NCBI GenBank assembly: GCA_001179505.1
Contig: CDMY01000286.1
Span: 1-64,000, forward strand
Reading direction: 5' to 3'
From: Vitrella brassicaformis CCMP3155
Lineage: Eukaryota > Protista > Chromerida
DNA: 64,000 bases
Shown here: in pieces, positions 10,485-22,600 of the stretch
How positions within the stretch are numbered: the first letter of the stretch is position 1
Layout of the letters: each line of letters starts with the position of its first letter
Position numbers and translations under genes: made by a program
Notes under the pieces: model-generated
What the model was told of the DNA's origin: nothing
Database searches by the model: none
Seen by the model: only the letters and a program-made list of their open reading frames with translations

Positions 10485-12630
10485 AGACAGCAAAACGAAC
10501 AAACAGGGCACACTGCAACACGCATCCATCAACGTGTGTGCCGCCATCGACTGTGTCCTTCGTTGGTTTGTGTGTTTTGTTTTCAGGTACGTGCCCTCCC
10601 AGCCAGCTCCAACTCCCGCCTGTGTGTAGGCCCGGCTACCACTGCAAGCACGGGAGATGTAAGTGAGGCAGTTCCACAGGCAGACAGACACACACGCGTG
10701 CCCATCGTCAGTTCACATGCCCTCTCTCCGTGTCATGTGTGCTGCGTTCAGGCTTGCTTCTCCAGACTGCATTCGTCTGTCTGTCTGTCTGCCTGTGATT
10801 GTGTGTCCGTCACTGGTCTTTCATCAAGTGTGTCGACAGATGCGAGTCCATGTGTGTGTGCGTGTGTACAGAACTGATCTGCCTTGCTGTGCGTATGCGT
10901 GTATGTGTGATGCGTCTGCACTGGATATATAGTCGACTGGCGTGCGGCGCCCTGCCCTGTGGCTGTGTGACATGTGGTGGTGTACTGGTGTGTGGGGAGG
11001 GGTGCTCGCCCTCCCCGTCTGAGTGAATGGAATGACATCAAATGCGTCACCCATGTCGTTCGACGTCACAGTACCCGCACTGCCTGCCAGCTGGCCGGGC
11101 AGCCAATGAGAGTGAGTAATTTCTGTGTGTGAGTTCACTTCAAGGAATGTGTGTGTGTGCAATTGTGAGTGTTGCGTACAGACGCGCGCTGGTTTGCACC
11201 TGACACAAATCAATGGCATTGTATCGTTGTCCGGCCCTTGCTCGATATCGACAATGAAACATACGCATGTACGTGTGCCGCCGCGGCAGTCGCCTACCTA
11301 GTCAGTCACCCAGTGAAGGAGTAAAGCCACACCACCCACACAGCCACACAAGCACTCAATTCACTCTCAGACACTACTCACATCGAGGAACGAAAACACC
11401 ACACTCCAGGGAGGCTCTCGCCGCCACGGCTGGGTGTCACACTTCTCATTACCTCAACTATTCGCCAATCACGAGATGGCCAGCCCAACACGAAGCATGA
11501 AACGGCCACACACAAGAAATGAGGGCATCAGTGCAGACCGACAGACAGGCAGACAGGCAGGCAGGCAGGCAAACTCACTGTGACAGGAGAGACGGTACTA
11601 GCGTCTTTGTGTGGACGGTTCTCTCTGTGGACAAAGCCACACAGCCACAGCAACAGACGAACACTCACATGAGCCATCCAACAGCACAACAGCCAGTCAG
11701 TCACACACTCACTCACACACTGATGGGGACAGAGCACGCACGCAGGGGTGTTCGGCGGAGTTGATGCAGCAGACGGGCGTGGAGTTGATCCACTGCAGGT
11801 CTCCGTTGCAGTGGGAAGTACTCACGCGGCAGATGGCGGTCGTCCATCGACGTGACCTGAACACAGACATCAGAGGCAGATGCAAAGAGATCAGATTCTC
11901 ATCCATGCCAGTGGCCAGTGCTTTCATCTCTGCCTTTATCACCTTCAAACCAGCCATTTTGATCCGCCCAGCCTTTATCACCTCCCAATAATGGGGAACT
12001 CCCAGGCTGGGCGAAGAGGCCCTCGAGACTCCAGCCTTCTTTTCTCTTCTCACAAGATTCATTCATCACTTGATCCATCATGATCAGCAGCAGATGTCGT
12101 CCAATTCGCTGCTGTCGTCGCACTTCCGAGGATGGCGCCTTCTTCCGAGCGGCTTCTGCCTGCTGTCCTTCCCTCTCTCCGTACAGGGCACTTGAACCCT
12201 AGCTGATCGATAACCCGACCCTCCACTTTTTTCCTTCACCAGGCCTTGGGAGGTGCAGCAGAGGCAAGATCAGTCGACGGACAGACCCAAAAATGGACTG
12301 ATCATCGATTGTCAGGTGGCCGTTGTTTCCGTGGAGATTTCTCAGCCCATCGGCTGTCAAGAAGCACTCGTGCCCAGCCACCATTGACAGCGCTGCTGCA
12401 CCCTCTGGCCGCAGTAGACCGCCGCGCCCCCTCATGACGATGAATGTGGCGCGGCGATGGTACTGGACTTGATTGACTGTGCTGTTGCTGTTGCTACTGC
12501 TATCGCTGCTTCTCGATTTGTGTGCTCTCTCTCCCCTCTTGCACGTGTGCGAGAAGGACTGCAAAGGACTTCAAAGGCCCGCATCTGCTCACTGTGGATC
12601 TGCCTATCGTGGATTATTGACTGACTGGAG

Positions 12631-15600
12631 ATGCGGAGCAAGAGAGCTATTGCTATTGCTATTGCTGATGATGATGAAACTGTGCACGAGAGAGGAGTGT
12701 GGGGATGCCTTCATTCATTTGGACGGGCCTACTGCCGGTCGGTCGCTGCCAGGCCCTGGGATTGGCTGGCCATCTGCCTTCTGACGTGTGTCGTGCTCAC
12801 GGGGGTTGCACTGCTCGCGGAGACCATCCTCAAGGGAACAGACGCCGATTGGTCCTCAGGTACACTTACGGATCATTCCTAGTCGCTCTGGTGTGTGTTG
12901 CTGTCATTGCTTGACTGATTGCTTAGGTGGGTTGTGGCGTGATCTACGTGCATCAATTCTCCGTCCCGACGAGCAAGACATCGACTGGCTGATCCCCGAT
13001 GGGCCTCAGGCTCAGAAGTGGGACATCAAGAAACTCGCGCTAGAGGTACGTACCTACATACGTCAATGAATGCCCACACGACCGACCAACCGACCGACCG
13101 ACCGACCGACACTGACCGCCTGGCCTGTTCTGCCTGCATCATCGTTCAGGGCACTGATCCACTGCCAGGATACGAAGACGAAGAGAGGTACCGGGTCAAT
13201 CCAGTGCAGACAGTCGGACTCATCTACTACGCCGACCGGCCGGAGGATCTCTTCACCCCCAGCTCCCTCCAGGCCATGTGCCAAGTCGAGCGACTGGTCG
13301 TGCAAAACCCCTTCTACACATCTGTGTGCCTCCTCTCGGGCGACGGCGACAAGTGTGCCCGGTCTGAGGGATCGATCGTCAACCTCTTCTATGGCTATGC
13401 CCACGACTTTTCGTGCCAGCTGCTGACGGCCAGCCGAGTGGGTGATGTCAAGAACACCCTCATGTCGGAGGTCACCTACCGGTTGCGGCCTGACGCGCGA
13501 TTCTTCCTGGCGCAGGGAGAGGGGCCTGGCGAGGGCGAGATGACGTCGACGAGGTCGCTGATTCCTCTGGGCACACCGCTGAAGGGATACAGGAACGAAT
13601 TCGATCGGCAGTACACTCAGGTAGGCAGGCACGCAGCCACACAGAAGACACAAACGAGATGGCTTTTCTTTGTCTGCTTTGGTTAGGACAAGGAATACCT
13701 TCCCTTCTGGCGGTCGCTGGAGCGTGACATCCTCTCCCACCTGCACATCTCGCCAGTGCTCGACCGGTCACCCTACAGGCACACCGACGACAGGGGCTGG
13801 CTGCTGCAGGTCCCCGGCAATAACACCACAACCAGCACATCCATCCGTGTGGCCTTGTGGGCGCGGCCGTTGTGGTTTGACGAGCGGGCGGATATCTTCT
13901 ACACGGACCAGTTTTGGGCTGCCGCGGCCATCGTTCTCGTTTTTGTCTTTTTTGCCCTCTACACAAAGTCGCCAATGTACTCCTTCGCCGGTACGCGTGT
14001 TCCCTTGAGCACATCAACAGAGGCGCCACCGTCATTGATTCGCTCGTCTCTTGTTCTCAGGATGTCTTCAGATCTTTTTTTCGTTTTCGCTGGCGTACCT
14101 CCTCTTTCGATTCGTCGGTACGTATATCAGACAGCAACAAATATGAGATGAGCAGGCATGACCGAAAAAGCTCATCGATGGTGGGTCCGTGTGTGCGTTC
14201 TTGCAGCGGGCTTGAACTACTTTGGGAGCATGCAGAAAGGCGCGTTGTTCGTGTTGTGCGGGATGGGTGCCGACAACGTGCTCGTCATGTGGGACGCATG
14301 GGCCATCAAACAGCTGCAGTACGACGACCAGCACGCAACCAGAAGCACGTAAGACACCGCGGCAAAGGAGCCCACCGCACATCCCATGCTTGCTCATCTC
14401 TTTCTCGGTCTGTGATTTCAGGCAGCTGCACCACGCGTTTTGCCACACGGCGGCCGCCACGCTCATCACCAACCTGACCACAGCGGCGGCATTCTTTGCC
14501 CTCTGCAACTCCCCACTCATGCCCATCCAAGCTTTCGGCCTCTACGCCGGCATCTGCACCGTCACCAACTACCTCCTGACGCTCTCCCTGCTGCCGCCAG
14601 TGCTGGTCATCATCAAAAGGCGGCGAGAGAAGAGGAGCGGGGTTGGCGACGGGGTAGGCTCACGACCACGGTCCCTGTCTTCTATCGGTCCGGCCAGCTC
14701 TGTGTCGGTGTGTGTGGCCGACAATGCCGGCACTGACGAGGGCCTCGCATCGCATCATGAAGCCGATCTGATGAGCGACGAGGGAGTGCAAAAGCGGCAT
14801 GAGCATGAGCACCAGCTCGACGGTTCCTCCCCCCACCCCCACTCCCCCACCCCATCAACGCGCATTTCCTTCCCATTCGGCCTGTCCCGGCCACCCACCC
14901 CCTACGCGCACGCCGCGAGCGCGACACCATCTTTCTTCCCGCCAGAACACCAATCCCGCTCGCCATCCACATCGACGGCCTCGCTGCCGAGCTCCCCTTC
15001 CCCCTTTGCGTATGGAATGAGTGACGATGACCACGAGCAGGCCAAGGGCAGCCAGAGAGAGCCGGAAGAGAAGATGACTTGGCCGCGGCGGGTGTTGGAG
15101 GCTGTGTATGTGCGTCCGTTGCTGTGGCGGTGGGGCGGGGTGACCTTTGTGCCATGGGTGCTGGTGGGGGTTTTGCTTTTCGTTGCGGGGTGGCACTGCT
15201 GGTGGGCGCTGCGGCTGCGGCCGACCGATGACACTTGGAGCCAGCAGAGCTTCTCAAAAGACCACATGTTCTACGGTGAGGGAGTGTTAATGAGATACAC
15301 ACCATTTGATACCCAAGACCGCTTCACACACGCTCTTTCTTCTACATCAGATGTGGCGGACCGCTTTGCGCGTCAGTTCCAGGGGCCGCCCAGCCTCGGC
15401 TCATACGTCGACCTCACGCTCTTTTTCGGCATCGACGGCATCGACAGACCACCGCCATTCACACGCTGGAAGCCCACTGAATACAGAGGGGAGGTGCGGT
15501 ACGACGATGCATTCAGCCTGGACGACCCCGCCACGCGGCAGTTCCTGGCAGACTTGTGTCAGGAGGTGGAGAACAAGACGTGTGACCTGCCCATCTGCGA

Positions 15601-17551
15601 GTGAGTCAGATACGAAGGGAGAGAGGGACACACCAGACGGCACACCAGCCACACCAGCATGGGTCCTTGTTCTCCATCCATCAGGGCATCAGAAAATGGC
15701 GTTCAGCGCCTGGCGCAGCCGGGGTCGGTCATTTGCTTTATCCGCGACTTCAACACATGGCAAGAGAGTGCCCGCAGCAACGCAACAGACGCCGAAGGTA
15801 TGTCGCTTACCGATCGTTTGCGGCGCTTCCAGTCGGACGTGACAGTTGCGAGCGGCCCTCTGGCGGGCACCCCCAAGCACGCCCTGACGATCGGCATCGT
15901 GGAGGGCGAGCTCAAATGGGTCGCCATCCGATTCACATCGACCATACGCATATTCAACAGGTCTGTCAGACACGACAGCCGCCCTTCCCATCCAACACAC
16001 ACAGTAATACATATCGGCGAATGGCTGGTTTGTGCAGGTTTGCGCCCAAGATAGCGTTGGTGGAGTGGCTAGACGACTGGCTGGGTGACATCCGTGCCCG
16101 CGCGCCTCCCCCACTGCGATCTGCGTTTTACGAGGGCGATCGCGAGTTTGCCGAGACGGAGGTGCTGGAGGGCATGGTGAGCGGGCTGTTCGGGGGTTTT
16201 CAAGTCATTTTCCCCGCCGTATTCATCGTCCTGCTTGTAGCGACTGGGTGAGGAACGGAGCGGAGAGCACACAGGCAGGGAGGGAGAGAGGGACAAATGG
16301 ATGGATCGGTCTACGTGTGCGTGTGGGGTTGCAGGAATGCCATTCTTTCGGTGTACGCCATCATGTCAATCGGGGCGATCGTAGTGACCGTCATGGGATT
16401 CATCAGAGGTAACAATCAGTGCACAACGCACCACAAGCCAGACGCGCATTCGAGTGTGTACGTGTGTGCGTGTGTGTGTGTGTGTGTGTACTTTCCTGTG
16501 TTTTGTCTGTCCTTCCATCAGCCGTGTTGGGTTGGCAGCTGGGCTTTTATGAGTGCATTGTTGGCGTCATGACCATAGGCTTCTCAGTCGACTACGTCAT
16601 CCACCTCGGACACGTCTATCAGACAGCCACCAAGTGAGCTCATCCAGGCATGGCATGGGTTGTTGATCGATCGACGCGTGTTGTCGCTTGTGCATTGTGG
16701 ATCAGGTATGGCTATGTGAGTCGCGTGGACAAGGCTGTGTGTGCCGTTCGCCACATGGCATTCACAGTGCTGGCGGGGGCCCTCACAACCGCTGCTGCAG
16801 GTCTCGCCATGCAAGTGTGTCAGAGCAACGGCTTCGCTCGGTTTGGACAGCTGCTGGCGCTCGCCGTGGCGTTCAGCATCGTGTACTCACTCGGACTCTT
16901 CATCCCGGTACATGCACACCCACGCACAGCACAATGCACACAAGACGATCAACTTTGGCCTGTCTGTGTGTGCAGCTGTGCATGGTGCTGGGACCTGAAG
17001 GTCACCAGGGCTCTCTCCGGCACCTATTCAGGATCGTGAGCAAATGCTGCTGTGGCTCGAGCAGCAAGAACAACAAGGCCACCCAGCCAGCGAGAGAAGA
17101 AGCCCCTCCTCTCACCGACATCGGCCACGGGCACAACCACAGCAACGGTCACGACGAGTCAACCTCATCCGAGCAATGCTCGTCCGGCGACGATCGGCTG
17201 CAGCAGACGTCCAAGTCGGGATACACATCGTCCACCACTCTCACAACCGTCGACCGGGAGGCGTCCTCCCTCAGCTGTGCCACCAACCACCTCTCCTCTT
17301 CCCGTGTCTCTCATCCACCACGCCAGACGGAGAGCGGCAGCGATGACAACAGCGGCGGGTCGGTCTCTCCGTCGTCAGCCAAGATCGGTGAGGAGGGCCA
17401 GCCATGGCTGGGAGGGGCGTTCGCGGCGTCGGCGTGCGGGAGCGATAGAGGTGGTGGCCGGACGCCCAGCCACGCGGCCTCACTTGCCACCAGCGGGATG
17501 GATAGGCAAGGGGTGATGATGGTACCTTCCTGTGCTCGTGAAAACGGCTGA
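12631..17551 (+). CDS. DISP: Dispatched/Patched-family RND transporter with sterol-sensing domain
   Basis: TM1 RPWDWLAICLLTCVVL. Luminal loop LFTPSSLQAMCQVERLV...C...C...SIVNLFY. SSD motifs GMGADNVLVMWDAW and HTAAATLITNLTTAAAFFALCNSPLMPIQAFGLYAG. Second repeat MTIGFSVDYVIHLGHVY and VLAGALTT, then FARFG. The start is approximate. Confidence 0.88.
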
Positions 17552-18666
17552 CGACCACTGGATCTTTTCTGTACATTTCGTGTTGTGCAAAGTGACGTTT
17601 GTTGTTGATGTTCTTACACCGATGTTATATAGCACTGATGACTGACTTGTGTATGCGGGACGGGGATGGGTATCTAACGATCGTACGTGTCATGTGCGTG
17701 CGCATGTACATGGTCTGGTGTGTTGTCTTGTCTTGTGTTGTGTCTGTTGGTCTGACAGGCAGGCAGTCTCGGATCTGGTGTTTTGATCGTGCGTAATCAC
17801 GAATGCATTTGCGGCTGGCTTTGAGGCAGTATGTAGTTGTGGATATCGGTAGCATGTCGCGCGGGGCACCGAGGGAGGGGAGGGAGGGGACATGGGTGAG
17901 GTGAGCTGATGAGGGATGCGGGCGGCCAGCCAGCCAGCCAGCCGTCAGAGCAGCAGTAACATGTCGTTTTTACATCGGTGCATGTGTTGCACGCTGTTCT
18001 TTCTTCACGTCTCTCGCTGCGTGTGTGGCGCTCATAACGTGACATGGTGTAGGCTCATCGGTAGGTGGGCAACTCACTCACTCACTCACTCGCCAAGGTA
18101 GCTCTCCTGCGTGTCCGTCCATTCATGCTAAACGAGTGGCTTCATTCCATCTTTCTCGTATGTGCATCTTACACTCATGTGATGTCTCTTGGATCGCACA
18201 CCCAACATACATGTGTATGTGTATGTGTGTATATGGATACATACATGCTTACATGGATGCGTTCGTGTGAGTGAGAGTGCTTGTTTGGCGAGTTGATGAA
18301 GCATCAACGGACCCGTCATTCGGTCGTTCACTCATTAATCATTCCATCACTTCAGTTGTTCACGAATCGATTGCCGTCCGATTCCAACTCATCACGTGTT
18401 GCCGAAAAAGACAGTGTTGGCCGCGATATACAAAGCGGCAAAGGCCAAAAAATATATGCACACGACAAATACGTAGGTGTGCACAGCAGGGACCAACTCG
18501 CAATGAAAAAGAGAGCAAGGTAGGAAGTGACTGACGTACAGGCCATTGCCAAGAGATGGTGGAGACCGTCTGTGTCCGCCGCTACCTCTTCCTCAGACAC
18601 AGACACAGACACAGACGGAGACAAAAACACACCGAAACAGACATTCCTTTCATGACCACAAGTGAG

Positions 18667-19488
18667 TCACACAGGATGGCCGAGAGCGATGAGCACGATT
18701 GGGCCCTCTTCCTCGTATCTCATGGTTGTCAGGTCATCCCCAACGGCCTGTGCCACCTTCTCGTCATCGAACGCTCCCACAACCGTCGCAGCCGTGCCGA
18801 GTGATGCCGCTGCCAGGAGGGCGTTCTGTGTGGCGGCTCCAGCCTCCACCCACACATACCTCACGCTCCTGCCGTGGTACCTGGAGGCAAGAAATGAGGC
18901 AATCCATGTGCACACGAACGTACACAGCCATACGCCGGCCATGCATTGCCCCCTGAGCGTACTTGTGACGCAGAGCCGGCGTGCCCACCACTACGAGCAG
19001 CGCTTCGGCGTCCCGCACCCATTCCGCTCGGCATGCGGCAGCGACTCGCGGCAGGGCCTCGCGGGGGTTGTCGACGCCTTCCTTGCTCACCAGGGCATGT
19101 CGGTCACACGAGTACTCATACACGCCCGCTGGAAGGCCATCCACTCTCGACACGACCACGTACAACCTGAGCGGTGTCAGAGAGAGGCAAGCAAGGAAGC
19201 AGACAAACACACATGGATGCGCAAAGGTGATGCCATGCCATCGCGATCACCTCACTTGATTGGGTAGAGTGCTCCTGCAGACGGAGCGGTGCGCTTGCGG
19301 AACCGGGATGTGTCGCTGATGCCCTGTGCTGACCAGACTATAGCCGCCAGCCTCTCCCTGCTCATATACGAACGCGTCGATAGCTCTCTGTGGCTACGGC
19401 GGAGGCTGAGAGCGTCAAACAGCGACACCTGCTTCAGGTGGTCAGTGACATCTGGCAAGGGATGCCAACCCTCCTCACGTCTAGCCAT
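18667..19488 (-). CDS. SagB/ThcOx-type nitroreductase-family (FMN) dehydrogenase
   Basis: [56 protein letters not shown] and HKYHGRSVRYVWVEAGAATQNALLAAASLGTAATVVGAFDDEKV; two introns. Confidence 0.9.
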
Positions 19489-19637
19489 TGAGAGGATTCC
19501 TCTGGCTGAATAGACGAATCCACCGCGCACGTGGAGGTGGTTGGTTGGTTAGTGTGTTTAACGAGACTGAGGTGAAAGCGGGACATGCAAGCAGAGCTCG
19601 CAGCCCCCGTCCCGCCCCCAGTCTCACTCTCGTCGCG

Positions 19638-22600
19638 ATGCATCCGTCTGAGCGCTCCCTGCAGCGGCGGGCGACCTTCGTGGCGCCTTCAACGCTGGCA
19701 TCGAGGACATCAGGCATGCTGGACCTCCGCTTGCAGAACTCGCTCATCTCCCAGGTCTCCCAGGTCTTTAGGAGGTGTCGGGTGCTAGTCAACAAGCTGT
19801 TCATCCAGAACCCAAGGGTGGCCAACATGTTCGATGCCACAAACAGCGCCCTCAGCTTCGTCGAGTGCCTGATCTACGTGGCAGAATCGTACGAGAAAGA
19901 TGCGCTTGCACGTGCGGATGAGGTGAGATGGATGCCGCGCACACGGAGATGTATCAACCAAAGACGATATGTGCATGCGTGTGTTTGTCGTTCTTCAGTT
20001 TTTTGCAACGCACCTTGCGTTTTCGTTCTTCTTTTTGTTTGACTACCTGCTTCGGCTGGTGGCGTCGCCCAACAAGCTGGCATACATCCGGACGTGGTCA
20101 TCGCTGCTCGATGCGGTGACCATCCTGCCCGTCTTTGTGCAGTGGGCACTCAGGGAGACTGTCAAGCTGGAGGTGCGAGTGCTGGACTTCTTCTCCCTGC
20201 TTCGTATATTGAGAATTCTGCGGCTCTATCGGCTTGTAGCCCACTGGGTGCTGTGAGACTGGGTGGACATTGTGGTGTTGTCTTGTGCCTGGCGACATCT
20301 GCATGTCGTGTGCTGCTGTGTGTTCAGGAGTCACTGCTGTATCGGCAAATAGCGGTTGTGAGCCTCACGATTTTCTCGCTGCTTTTCATCACGGCAGGGT
20401 GGATGGAACTAGTGGAGGACCTCGACAACAAACCCGAGAAAGAATGCTTAGAAGAGGTCTGCCGCATGTGTACATCGATTGGACACACAATAGTCACATC
20501 GTACATGTGTGACTGTCTTCGTGTGCGTAGACGATGCTTCAGTATGACGATCTGCCGCTGCGATATCGGGAGCGAATCTGCCACTTGGACGTTCACGACT
20601 GGATCTACTTTGTCATCGTCACCATCTCCACACTGGGATACGGAGACATCGCACCCCAAACAATCACCGGCAGGTGAGTCATTGCACATGTCGTGTCTCC
20701 TATCTACCCATCCATCCATCAATCAATCAATCATCCGCTTGCAGGATGACCGTGGTTGTCCTGCTGTCAGTGACGATTGTCTTGCTGCCGCAGCAGACAA
20801 GCCAGCTCGCTGAGCTTCTCGATGTGCAGGTGGGCCTCCACTGGCCAGCAATCCATGCAATCAGTGTCTATCTGTCTGTCTGTCTGTCTGTCTGTCAGGC
20901 AAAGTATCGCAATGATTACTTCCGCATGCCATCGAAGAAGACCGTGCCGCACATCGTGTTGGTGGGTCACCTGCAGGGCGAGTCGCTGCAGGAATTCCTC
21001 AGGGAACTCTACCACGAGGACCACGGCGTGCAAAACCAAAACAGGCAAGTGCTGTGGACGGCACCCATTCATCTGTGTACGACGCACTGTTGATGCGAAG
21101 TTGTGTGTGTGGTAATGCAGGCCGCTTGTGATGATTCAGCACGACCTGCCCACACAAATGCAAGAAGCGCTGCTGAGGTATGCGCACATAATGTGTGAGA
21201 GTCAGACGAATGAGTGCGTTCCATTCAGGAATCCAAAGTACACCGCGAAGCTGACATATCTGCAGGGCAGCCCCACAAACCCGAAGGTGACTTACAACCA
21301 TTCGACACATGTATCGCTCGCCAATATCTCTTGTGTACAGGACTGCAACCGTGCTGCAGTGTCATCAGCCGCCGTGGCAGTGTTCATGGTGGACAGGAAG
21401 GCCTCCGACCCGCTGGTAGAGGATGCACGGACCATCATGAGTGCACTGTCAATCAAGAAAGTCGCACAGGCCAAGGATGCAAAAACGTCTATGAGGTATG
21501 ACCGGACATTGATCGGGCTGGAGACATGCATTTACTTGATTGTTTCTTGATTGTTTCCCTCAGGTGCGGGCTTCAGGTGGTCAAGGCTGAGTCTAAGATC
21601 TTCTACCGGCTGTGTGCCGACAGAGACAAGGGTGGGGGTGAATTCATTGCGGTTATATGCTTGTATCTCGTACTTTTCGAAATGGTGCAGACATCAAGCG
21701 TCAGCGGATGTCGAGGCGCTTCTCATCGAAAAATGACCAAGTGACCAAAGCAATGCACCAATGGGAAGGCACTCATATGCCATGAAATGTCTGGCTGCAG
21801 GTTGTGTGCATAGAGGAGATATTGGTCAACATCATGGCCAAGTCCTGTCTTTGTCCCGGATTCGTCACTTTGGTGCACAATTTGGTGGTCGCTGCCGGCA
21901 GCCTCAGCGCCAAACAAATGAGCGACACAAACCTTTTCCCCAATGACGGGTGGATGCGCAGCTACCTAGGCAAGCGAACTGGCAGTATCGACGACACACA
22001 GAGCAGACGGGAATCAAAAATGAGATTGTGAATCCCTGTGTGCGTGCAGAGGGTGTGTCATATGAGATGTATCGCACGGCGATATCGGCAACCTTCTCGG
22101 GGTGGGCATTTGAGGACGTGGCCAACTTCATCTTCCACGAATTCCACGCCATTCTGGTGAGGACAAAGTGACCCGGTGAGAGGTCATCTCTCTGTACCAT
22201 GGCGTGCGGTGCAATGCAGATAGGCCTTGAGTTTTCCACGTCTGAGGGTCCGATCATTGTGCTGAACCCCACATCATACAAACTGCGCGGACACCACCAC
22301 ACAGGCAGCGGCAGGTACGCACATGCAGCCAGCAAACAATGTATCTACTTTTTGGTCTGCGTGTTTGTGTGTATCTGCGATATGTCTGCAGGTCAAGCGG
22401 CATCTACGGCTACGTGATATGCGGCAGCAAGACAAGCGCAGACGACATCGCCACATACGAGTTTCGCCGGGGAAGCAGATCGCCCATCAAAAGGCTCTTT
22501 ACTCGGACCAGCTTCCGCATGAGCGCAGTAGGCTCTATGAAACAATCAGGCAGCACACCTCCACACGCCTTCTGTTCGCTGTCTTTCTGGTCGCCGTCTG

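Noticed and set aside
11400-12170. Possible minus-strand exons (VTSMDDRHLPREYFPLQRR...)
   Set aside because: Splice-like signals exist, but I could not build a coherent ORF or recognise a domain.
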